The notes beneath the pieces were generated by a model. It was not told the origin of the DNA, ran no database searches, and saw only the letters and a program-made list of their open reading frames with translations. Below, piece after piece: positions 22,660-34,350 of a DNA stretch of 64,000 nucleotides. The position numbers and the translations under genes are program-made. Source of the DNA: Takakia lepidozioides (lineage: Eukaryota > Plantae > Bryophyta); NCBI GenBank assembly GCA_030704615.1, contig CM060732.1, positions 5,208,001 to 5,272,000 of the forward strand, written 5' to 3'. Numbering within the stretch: the stretch's first letter is position 1; each line of letters starts with the position of its first letter.

Positions 22660-24130
22660 TGGTGCAAAAAGGTGAATGCCTGTTGGAAGCGCAAGTCAGC
22701 ATATGAACTAGTGTAAAGAAGTAGGGTTAGGGTGTTTGCTGGAACAAATCTAGGCTATCATTGTCAGCTGCTAGCAGCAAGGTAAGGAGGTACTATGCAT
22801 GATTTGTGCAGAGGTATGGATAGCCGAAGGAGCAGGGATAGAGTGTGGGTCCAGATTCATCCAAGAGGGCCGGATTTCAAGATCCAGATTACCTATGAAT
22901 CCCTGTGGAATGATAGCTACAAGAAACCTGCATGCGTAGATGGTCAACTGTCATGCCGCAGCAGCAGCGGCACAACTGATAAAATCAGGCACTGGTAATC
23001 GAGGCACCTTCTTCACATTCACCCTGTTTTTCCCTCTTATCAGAATCGGCCCTGAATTTCCATGTTGAATTCTGCAAGTTAGCTGGTTGAGTGAATGTAG
23101 TTTGGAGTGACTTTGCCATGATACTGCCACTGTCACAACAGGAAAATATATAAAAAAACGTAACAGAGATGAGGAGAAGCTGTGGAATGAATACTTTTCT
23201 GACTCCAGTCAATGGTGGGACACCAGGCAAAAAGGTGAATGTTTGTTAGATTACAGGAGAGTAGCAGACGCAATTCAGTATAGGAACTAGTGTAATAAGC
23301 TGAGTTGGGTGTTTCCTAGAACAAATCTAGGCTGTCATTATCAGCTGCAAGGCAAGGATGTATGCATCATTTGTGCAGAGGCATGGATAGCTGAAGGAGC
23401 AGGGATAGAGTGTGGGTCCAGATTCATCCAAGAGGGCTGGACTTCAAGCTCCAGATTACCTTGATTTCAGGTAGATCAGTAGTTACAAGAAACCTGCATG
23501 TGTAGATGGTCAACTAAAGGCAGCAGTTGTAGTGGCACAGTTGATAAAATCAGGCACCTCAACCATGACCACAGCTGTTGAAATTAGAGGATCAAGAGAG
23601 GGAGTCCACAATGCCTCTTCTGGCACTTCTAGGCATGTGAAGATACTTTGTGCCGCAGGCAGGCTGACAGAGGCTCTACAGACTCTAAACCAAGGAGGCA
23701 TTTCAGCAGATTCAGATATGTCTGTCTGTTGCTTAAGTGCATCAAGATGGATGGTCTGGAAGCTGGAAAGCAGGTGCACACTCACATTATCCAAAGTGGA
23801 TTCACACCAAATGTTTTTCTACTCGACACCCTTGTCTGCAACATGTATGTTAAGTGCGGGAGCATCATGGATGCTCACCAAGTGTTCAACAGAATGCCTC
23901 AATGATCTTTGATCACATGGAATATTATGTTGGCAGGATTTACAAAGCGTAGGTGTGGTAGGAATGCTTAGGAGACCTATGAGCAAATGTTGCGTGAAGG
24001 GGTGAAGCCCAACCACATCGCGTTTGTTTGTGTTTGCAATGCGTGTGCAAGCCTGGGAGCTCTGGAAAAGAGGGAAGAGGTCCATAGTGACATTGTCAAA
24101 GTTGGATTTGTACCAGATGTCATCCTGGAA
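22660..24130 (+). pseudogene. PDF-PDF-PLS-PPR pseudogene fragment
   Basis: IHPRGPDFK..SLWNDSYKKPACVDGQL (from 22855), linker, EKLWNEYFSDSSQWWD, intron 23235-23421, IHPRGLDFK.., then HVKILCAAGRLTEALQ and L/S/P motifs; stops and frameshifts. Confidence 0.8.
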
Positions 24131-24429
24131 GCAGAAGCGGCAACAGCCCAATTGATAGAACAATTCGCTGCTAATGAAGGTATCTTCTTCAATACATTTC
24201 ACCCTGTTTTGCCATGTTATCAGAGTCGTCCCTAATTTAGAATTCTGCAAGTTAGCTCGTTCATGATGTGAGCTGGCATGAGTTTTATAAAGATCCTTCA
24301 CGATGGTGGGACAACCGCAATCACAAGGTGTGGCTTTTCTTAATGTACGATGTGAAGAAGTTTGTCCATCCTGCAAAGGTGGGTTCTTGGCTCCTGTTAG
24401 TACCATGATTTGGTGTTCTTCCGGATGTT

Positions 24430-26280
24430 TACAAGGTTCTTGGGAGAGTCAGCTTGGTCTTAGTAGGTCGTGTTTCAATCTCTGCCTGCTCAGCTGCACC
24501 GTGGTGGTTCTTACAGACCAATCCAACATTACCTGACTACAGACACAAACATCACACACAAGAGGTCATTTTGGGTTGATGCTCGGTCAAATCCTCCATG
24601 GGTCAAGGACAATGTGGTGAGGGCACCTTCTTCTTTAACCTGTTGCAGCCTGTTTTGCCCCCTCATCAGACTTGGCCTTGAGATGCATATTGAATTATGT
24701 AAGTTAGCTCATTGGGTGGATCTGTGGTGGTTTGGAGTGACTTTGAACTGGGTTGGGGTGTTTGTTGGAACAATTCTAGGCTGTCATTGTCAGCTGCTAG
24801 CAGCAAGGCAAGGATGTATGCATGATTTGTGCAGAGCTATAGATAGCTGAAGGGGCAGGGATAGAGTGTGGGTCCAGATTCATCCAAGAGGGCTGGATTT
24901 CAAGCTCCAGATTACCTATGATTCCATGTGGATCAATAGCTACAAGAAACCTGTTGCATGGGTAGATGGTCAAGTAAAGGTAGCAGCTGCAGCGGCACAG
25001 TTGATAAAATCAAGCACCTCAACCATGACCACAGCTTCTGAAAGAGGATCAAGAGAGGGAGGCCACAATGCCTCTTCCGCTGGGCATATGAAGATGCTTT
25101 GTGAGGCAGGCAGACTGACAGAGGCTCTACAACTTTAAACCAACAAGGCATTTCAGCAGATTCAGATACGTCTGTCTGTCTCTTGCTTAAGTGCATCAAG
25201 ATTAAAGGTCTGGAAGCTGGAAACAGGTGCACACTCACATTATCCCAAAGTGGATTAACGCCAATGTGGGAGCATCATGGATGCTCACCAGGTTTTCCAC
25301 AGAGTGCCTCAACGATCTTGATCACGTGGAATATAATGTTGGCAGGATTTACCAAGGATGGGTGTGGTAGGAGTGCTTTGGAAACCTATGAGCAACTGCT
25401 GCGCGAAGGGTGAAACCCAACCACATCACATTTGTTTGTGTTTGCCATGCGTGTGCAAGGCTGGGAGCTCTGGAAAAGGGGAAAGAGGTCCATGGTGACA
25501 TCGTCAAAGCTGGATTTGTACGAGATGTCATTCTGAACACTGCCCTGGTGGACATATATGCCAAATGTGGGTGCATTGAGGATGCGAAGGGAGTTTTCAA
25601 CACTATGGCTGAACAAGATGTGGTGTCATGAGATGTGGTGTCATGGAACGTGGGGGGAATGTGATGCTTGTAGGGTATGCACAGCAGGGACATGGAATGG
25701 AGGCTTTGGAGACCTATGATCAAATATTGATGGGGGAAGGGGTGAAGCCCAACCACATCACGTTGCAGCATACTGGTACTTCACAGCCATGGCGGCTCTC
25801 TCAGCCCCTCCATTTTTTTTTCTTTTGGTTTTTTTGGCGCTAGGAGAGAGCAGCAGCTCTGCTGTCTCCTTCCCCTTGATTATGCCGATCGTTAAAGTGG
25901 AAATTGTCATTATGAACTCTGCCTTGGTGGACATGTATGCCAAATGTGGGTGCAACAAGCCTGATGTGAAGGGAGATTTTGACAATATGGCTGAACAAGA
26001 TGTGGTATTTTGGAGTGCCATGATTGCAAGGTATGTGCAGCATGGGTATGGGATTAAGGCTTTGGAAACATAAGAGCAAATGATGTGGGAAGGGATGAAG
26101 CTAGACTAGGCCGTCATGTTCATTTGTTTTTGTAATTTGTCATTCTGAACATTCCCCTGGTGTACATCTACGTCAAATGTGAACTTGGCAGCCCTCAAAA
26201 GGGCACAAAGGTCCATGATGACATCGTCAAAGCTGGAGTTGTCACTCTAAACACTGCCTTGGTGGATATGTATGTTAAGG
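24430..26280 (+). pseudogene. Second plus-strand PDF-PPR pseudogene fragment
   Basis: IHPRGLDFKLQITYDSMWINSYKKPVAWVDGQ..HMKMLCEAGRLTEALQ in one frame (24875-25138), followed by degenerate PLS motifs. Confidence 0.8.
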
Positions 26281-27289
26281 CAGCCCTGGAAGTGGATGTC
26301 ACTTTGGATGACAAGGTAGCTGGCACCACCATTCTCTGGAACTGCCTGAATTCATTCTCAAATGATTTCTAATGTTCTCTTGACATGTCCACGATAGTGC
26401 TGGACCTAGCTGCACAGCAGATTATCCTTACTCAATGACTTCAGTTGGGCAGTGATCTATGGATATGGCAACATGGCCCTCATGTTGGTCATTTGTAGAA
26501 TGTGACCAAAACTTGTTTTGCAAAACACTCTTGATATAAACCAATTTTGAGCCATCCAAATGTTTTTGGTTCCTACCTGTATTTGTATTATATGTTTTGT
26601 TGTATTTGTAATATATTTTCAATGCAGTGCAACGAATCAAAATATTTAAATACAATACCCACTAATTCACACACGTACAGATATAAACTAAAAGTAAATG
26701 AAAAAAACGAAATAACAGTAATAAACAAAAAAAACCAAATATTAAATAAAAAGCCTCCCAATTATATATATATATATACACCCCCAGAGTGAAACCTATT
26801 TACTAAAATGTGTCCTCTTTTACTGCTTCACAGTAGAATATTACACTATACAAAGTCAAGCAAACTCACTATCACTGATTCACAGTCAAACCGTATACTA
26901 AACATCATGGAACATAGTCAATATGTTCCACTTCAGTTAAACCACTTTACTACACGTCATGCATCCACGTCACTCTGCCCTTAAGCCACTCACTACACGT
27001 CATGCATCCACCTTATAATTCAGTTAAACCACTTTATTACACGTCATAGCTACGTCATAGCCACATCGCATCCACGTCATACTGTGCTGCCTACACGTCA
27101 CCCCCTAGGTTTTACTGTCACATTTCACTGTCAGAAACTGGCATTTGGATTCGATTGTTTGGCTGAAACGACTTGACCTTTGTCACGCATGTTCGACTTT
27201 GGAGGCTTGGAGTAAAAATGTCGCAAACGACTCAAAAATGAGTCAAATACAGAGTCGAAAAGCCCAGCTTATATTGTAGTGATAGATGT

Positions 27290-29490
27290 TTGATAGCAAC
27301 ATAAGTCGCGGCATCCTGTTCATTCCACTTGAGGATAGATGTTGCCGCACATTGAGCCATCTCTACATTGTTCATGGATTCTGCAGGCACTAAACAAGGC
27401 CTTCCACACCACAACATCTGGATTGATTGGCATTTTATTAATCAGGTCCACTGCCTCATCCAGTTGTCCCGCACGTCCAAGAAGGTCACCATGCAGCCAA
27501 AGTGCTATACTGTCGGAGTGACACCATGATCTTGAATCAGGGAATCGAAGTAGCGTCTACCTTCATTCAGAAGGCCAGTGTGGCTGCATTTAGAGAGAAC
27601 ACATACTGCTTCAAGCCGTTCTTTTGCATTCCTTCAAATAGTTGCAGACCTCCCTATGACAACCATGTTGTGCATATCCTGCGACCATTGCATTCCACGA
27701 CACCACATCTCATTCAGCCATATTGTCGAACACTCCCTTTGCATCCTCCACGCACCCACATTTGACATACATATCCACCAGGGTAGAGTTCAGGATCACA
27801 TCTGGTACAATTTCAGCTCTGACGATGTCGCCATGCACCTCTTCGCCCTTTTTCAGGGCTGCCAGGCTTGCACGCGCACTGCAAACGCACACAAACGTGA
27901 TGTGGTTGGGCTTCACCCCGTCGCACATCATTTGCTCATAGTCCTCCATCCCACGTCCCTGTTGTGCATACCTTGCAAGCACCGCACTCCACGACACCAC
28001 ACCTCGTTCAGCCATAGTGTCGAACACTCCCTTTGCATCCTAGATGCACCCACATTTTGCAAACATGTCCACCAGGGTATTGTTCAGAATGACAGCTGGT
28101 ACAATTCCAGCTCTGAAGATGTCGCCATGGACCACTTTACCCCTTTCTAGAGCTGCCAGGCTTGCACAAGCATTGCAAACGCACCCAACGTGATGTGGTC
28201 GGGCTTCACCCCTTCTCCCATCATTTGTTCATAAGTCTCCAAAGCCTCCATACCACGTTCTTGCTGTGCATACCCTGCAAGCATCGCGTCCAATGGCACC
28301 ACATCTCGTTCAGTCATATTGTTGAAAACTCCCTTCACATCCTTAATGCACCCACATTTGGCATGCATGTCCACCAGAGCAGTTTGCAAAATGACATCTG
28401 GTACAATTCCAGCTTTGACGATGTCACCATGGACCTCTTTCCCCTTTTCCAGAGCTCCCCGGCTTGCACACGCATTGTAAACACAAACAAATGTGATGTG
28501 GTTGGGCTTCACCCTTTCGCGCAGCATTTGCTTATAGGTCTCCAAAGCATTCCTAGCACACCCGTGCTTGGTAAATCCTGCCAACATTATGTTCCACATG
28601 ATCAAACATTGTTGAGGCATTCTGTTGAACACTTGGTGAGCATCTATGATGCTCCCACACGTAACATACATGTTGACAAGGGAGTTGAGTAGAAAAAAAA
28701 TTGACGTGAATTCATTTTGGATAATGTGAGTGTGCACCTGCTTTCCAGCTTCCAGACCTCCCATCTTGATGCACTTAAGCAAGAGATAAGCATACGTATC
28801 TGAATCTGTTGAAATGCCTCCTTGGTTTATAGTCTGTAGAGCCTCTGCTAGTCTGCCTGTCGCACGAAGTATCTTCACATGCCCAGAAGTGCCAGAAGAG
28901 GTATTGTGGACTCCCTCTCTTGATCCTATTTCAGAAGTTGTGGCCATGGATGAGGTGCCTGATTTCATCAACTGTGCCGCTGCAACTGCTGCATTCAGTT
29001 GACCATCTACCCAGAGAGACCACATATAAAGGTGATACTGTCCGGCTTCAAGTCGTTCTTTTACATTCCTTCAAATAGTTGCAGGACCTCCCTATGACAA
29101 CCATGCTGGGCATATCCTGCGATCATTGAATTCCACGACACCACATTTTGTTCAGTCATCCTGTCGAACACTCCCTTTGCATCCTCGATGCACTCACATT
29201 TTGATATACAGGTCCAGCAGGGTAGTGTTCAGGATGACATCTGGTACAAATCCAGCTTTGACGATGTTACCATGGACCTCATTGCATCTTTCCAGGGCTG
29301 CCAGGCTTGCACAAGCATTGCAAACACAAACAAATGTGATGTGGTTGGGCTTCACCCTTTCGCACATCAATTGCTCATAGGTCTCCAAAGCCTCCATCCC
29401 GCCCCTTGCTGTGCATATCCTGCAATCATCGCACTCCACGACACCACATTTCTTTCAGCCATACTGTCGAACACTCCCTTTGCACCCTAA
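27290..29490 (-). pseudogene. Minus-strand PLS-PPR(-E) pseudogene(s) of the same family
   Basis: 292-aa ORF 28147-29025 begins WVDGQL (PDF tail) then PLS motifs; later P2/L2/S2/E-like remnants reach about 27290. Confidence 0.85.
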
Positions 29491-32400
29491 ACTTGTGCCG
29501 CTGCAGCTGTTGCCTTTAGTTGACCATCTACCCATGCAGGTTTCTTGTAGCTATTGATCCACAGGGAATCATAGTTAATCTTGTGCTTGAAATCTGACCC
29601 TCTTGGATGCTTCTGTACACACACTCTACCCTTGCTCTTTCAGCTATCCATGTCTCTCCACAAATCACGCATTCATCCTTGCCTTGCTGCTAACAGCTGA
29701 CAATGACAGCCTATATTTGTTGTAGGAAACACCCAACTCAGCTTATCACACTAGTTCCTATGCTCATTGCGTCTGCTACTCTCTGTAATCCAACAGGCAT
29801 TCACCTTTCTCTGGTGAGAAACATAAGTCCTCGCCATCGAACACGAGGTCAAGTGGATGTCGTACCTGGCGGAGGGTTTATTGGACGAGGAGGAAGTCCA
29901 GCCTTCTCATCCTTTCTTTTGGTGTTCCAGCCAGCAGCCCGTGGAGCAAGCTGATTGCAGGTAGCGGTTTCGTCTTCTAGTTTTTTTATCAAGTTTACAA
30001 AGACGATTCAGTTGGTTGCATATGTCATGTCACTAGTCTTGTTGTGCTATGTATCTGAGGATAAGCCGCAAAGTGAACTCAACTGAGCACCTGGGACCTC
30101 ATCAAGGGACTTCCACGAATTTACCGAGGTTAAGCGGAGATACAGCTTAGATTTGTTCTAGGAAACACCCAACTCAACGTTCCTATGCTCATTGCGTTTG
30201 CTACTCTCTGTAATCCAACAGGCATCCACCTTTTTGTCTCGATTGTCCCACCATTGACTGTGGTCAGAAAAGTATTCTTTCCACAGCTTCTCCTTGTCTC
30301 TCTTACTTGTTTCTGGATACTTTGGCAGTATCATGTCAAAGTCACTCCAACTATCAAAGGTTCACCCAACCAGCTAACTTGCAGAATTCAACATGGAAAT
30401 TTAGGGCCGGTTCTGATAAGAGGGAACCCACACTCCATCCCTGCTCCTTCAGCTATCCATGCCTCTGCACAAATCATGCATCTATCCTTGCCTTGCTGCT
30501 AGCAACATACAATGACAGCCTAGAATTCTTCTAGCAAACACCCCCGCATTTAACATACATGTTGACGAGGGTGCCGAGGAGAAAAACATTTGGCGTGAAT
30601 CCACTTTGGATAATGTGAGTGTGCACCTACTTTCCAGCTTCCATGCCTTTCACCTTGATGCACTTATGTAAGAGTCAGACATACGTTTCTGAATCTGCTG
30701 AAATGCCTCCTTGGTTTAAAGTCTGTAGAGCCTCTTTCAATCTGCCTGCCTCACAAAGCATCTTCACATGCCCAGAAGTGCCAGAAGTGGCATTGTGGAC
30801 TCCCTCTCTTGATCCTCTTCCAGAGGCTGTGGTCATGGTTGAGGTGCCTGATTTTATCAACTGTGCCGTTGCAGCTGCTGCCTTTAGTTGACCATCTACC
30901 CATGCAGGTTTCTTGTAGCTATTGATTCACAGGGAATCATAGGTAATCTTGTGCTTGAAATCTGGCTCTCTTGGATGATTCTATACACACACTCTACCCC
31001 TGCTTTGGCATACATGTCCACCAGGGTATTGTTCAGGATCACATCTGGTACGATTCCAGCTCTGACGATGTCGCCATGCACCTCTTTGCCCTTTTCCATG
31101 CTGCTAGGCTTGCATACGCATTACAAATGCAACCGAACGTGATGTGGTTGGGCTTCACCCCTTCGCGCATCATTTGCTCATACGCCTGTACCTCTGTTTA
31201 CCAACTTTGAAAGTCTCAAGGCTGAGCCAAACGCTCAGGTCCTTTTGGGCCTAGTTATTGGGCAAACCACACACAACAGGTTGATGCTTGTATAAAGGGA
31301 TTTCTAGAGGACATCTGGAAAACCCGGATCAATTGTTTATTCCAAGGTAAGTCTTACTACGGGCGTCGGCCCCTGACAAAGGTAGGTTCTGTCCCTTTGT
31401 GTTCTGCTCAAACTGGGCGTGGAGTCAATGGCCACAAGGCTACGGCAAACAATGTCTCTACAACCAGGCTGTTGAGTTTGCATGTGGACAAGTGCTTCGG
31501 CAATTACCGGAAAATAAGGTGATACCTGCTGCTGCAGAGATAAGATAAAACCTAGTGGGAGCCAATCCCACAAAATGCTACCCTTGGCACTAGACTGAAA
31601 TTTAAACCTGGGGCGGGGAGTCTACCTTTGAACAATAAACAGATGCAAAGTGAAAAAGGGAGATTGTCAATGCCCAATGCGCAGGCGGCTTGAAAACAAT
31701 ATCCAATTTCTCATACAATGCCTATTCCCAATAGAGAGGGACCCTCTTCAGGACCATCAAGAACATAGTCCCTGCGTCTTTGTTCACCAACGTCAAAATC
31801 TCGAGGCTGAGCCTAAAGCCTCGGGGGTCTAATTGATGGGCAACTCACACACAACAGATTCATGGTTGTGTGAAGGGTTTTTTTAAGGGATATATGGAAA
31901 GCTCGAACTATTGTTTTTTCCAAGGTAAGTCCCACTACCGGAGTGAGCCCATCACAAAGGTAGAGTCTGTTCCCTCTTGTTCCTCGTCTCTCTTACCCGT
32001 TTCTGGATACTTTGGCAGTATCATGTCAAAGTCACTCTAACTATCAAAGGTTCACCCAACCAGCTAACTTGCAGAATTCAACATGAAAATTTAGGGCCGG
32101 TTTTGATAAGAGGGAACCCACACTCCATCCCTGCTCCTTCAGCTATCCATGCCTCTGCACAAATCATGCATACATCCTTGCCTTGCTGCTAGCAACATAC
32201 AATGACAGCCTAGAATTCTTCTAGCAAACACCCCAACCATACTTATCAGACTAGTTCCTATGCTGAGTTGCATCTGCTTCCAACAGGCATTCACCTTTTT
32301 GTCTCCATTGTCCCACAATTGACTGGCTCCGGAGAAGTGTTCATTCCAAAGCTTCTCCTCCTCTCTTTTATCTGTTTTTGGATACTCTCCTGCTGCCACA

Positions 32401-32720
32401 TCGGCACTAATTTGTCAAATTCATTCCAAATCACCAAAGATCCACTGCAACATATGGCAAATGAAGCTACAACTTGGATGCAGACACCATATTCAATATG
32501 CAAATTTAGGGCCGAGTATGATGAAAGCGCAAAACAGGCTGAAATAGGTACTAATAGGAGGCAGAGATTGATGCACGGCCTGGCAAGACCAAGCTGACTC
32601 TTGCAAGAACCTATTGTGTGTGCTGCTTGTGTCTGTAGTCAGATAATCCATGAGAATCACCACGGTGCATTCGAGCAGGCAGAGATTGAAACACATCTGA
32701 CTCTCCCAAGAACCTTGTCC
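29490..32720 (-). pseudogene. Shuffled PDF-exon, intron and PPR fragments
   Basis: Several partial copies, e.g. EEEKLWNEHFSGASQLWDNGDKK|gtgaat near 32290-32360; 30295-30540 is duplicated at 31985-32230. Confidence 0.7.
31190..31980 (+). mobile_element. Two fragments of the LINE 3' end
   Basis: Similar to 46310-46585 and 46120-46520 (ggctgagcc.aa, caaactgggcg..gtcaatggccacaaggctacggcaaac). Confidence 0.8.
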
Positions 32721-34350
32721 CGCGCTGCAACCTCGCACGGTTATTTTCGGACAGTCCGGGCAGACATTAAAACAAATTCGGGCAATCCGGGCAGACATAA
32801 AAAAAATTGACGACGTACGAAACGTGGCTACGATGACGTGGCTATGAAACGTGGCGACGATGATGTGGCACTATGGCACCCTATTCCTGCTCTACGCTAA
32901 ACTAGCTCTCCTTCGCTTCGCTCCCTTAGGTGGGGCCCGCCGCTGGCGAATTCGCCAACGGGAATGAGCAAAGGTGCATGTGCGCGGGCGTAGTACAACA
33001 GCTTCAGACACGAAGTCGGGTGCACGTTCCAAGAGCTGTTTCTCTCAATGGGAGCAAGTCAGGTGGAGGTGAGAGGAGATCATGTTCCTCCAGTACCTAG
33101 CAGGCGTAGTAGTAGCTCGGGGCTGTGTGTTAGCATTTCGTAGGGGCGAGGGGCGAGAATGACTAGAGAAACTTCCCTACGGAATAAGAAGAAACACAGG
33201 ATTGACCGCAATTTTCACAAAGTGAGAAGGGCCAGACGCCGAGGCAACAAACACAGAGGGAAAGGTCGGGTTGAAAGTCGCCATGACCATTCGGCCAAGC
33301 ACACACTTCTGTCGTATGAGTATTCTAGTGAACAAACATCTTGTAACACATAGGTTTGAGTCTCTATCGGCATGTGCTCCTTGACCAAGCTCCAGCTTAT
33401 AATGTGAGCGGGCGGAGTAGAACTATGGCCCTTTCGGTGAATATGTGCAGCAGGATAGCTGTCACAGAGATGGCCTGCGTCAATCTCCTGAACGCGCAGG
33501 CAGTAGCCATGTCTTTTTGCGGACAATGGGTGGAAGGCCTCACACCATGCACCAGAGTAGATGGCCAGGCTGTGGAGCTGAAATGGGCATCTACCTTGGC
33601 AGTGCTGGGCCCTACACCCTTGCAAGTGATGGCTGTGACGCCTCCCACGAAATCTGAAGGAAGGTAGGGACATGTCACTTCTTGCGTGGGCTCTTGTGCA
33701 TCCAAACTGTGTGCGTCGTAGAGATCGAGTACTAGAGACTGCATCCATTTTGAACACTTTATGGTTAAGCAAGGGCTGTCGAGGAACTCTCTTCCTTGAC
33801 CTCCTTCCATCGGGTCCTTCAGTAGCTCCTGCATATTTCACACTCCTAATGCTTATAGTTTATTTCGAATAAATGAGAGAGATACATAGGCTTATTATGG
33901 GACGCCCATGCTAGCATCCTCAATGATACTCAGACAAGTAGGAAATATGCATGTTCTAAGCGTGTTTTGCATGCAGGCCAAGCAACACGCTAAGAACAGT
34001 TGTGTCTGGAGTTCTTTTCGGATCCTTCTCAGTGGTGGGATATCAAGTTTAATAAGGTGGCACTATCTTTATAACAACCCTGTAAGAGTTTGTCAAGGAG
34101 GACTTGTGGCAGAAGCTTGCATGACAGTGTGTCGCCAACTAGATTCTGTCTCCAGTTCGTTGGTTTTATGAAACTTTTCCTCTTCTTTCGGTAAAAACAG
34201 CAAAAGCTAATCTTTTTACTACTATTACGAGGTTGTTCTTCCTTCTTAGTGGGGTTGAATGTAGATTTTTCATGGTTGTTCCTTCCTAGTTGAAAAGTAC
34301 TTGGAGCCTTGTGGGTGTAGTCTCATTTATGTGATACTTAGGCTGAAACT

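Noticed and set aside
33215-33841. Overlapping 100-200 aa ORFs on both strands
   Set aside because: No recognisable domain or consistent splice pattern; cannot support a call
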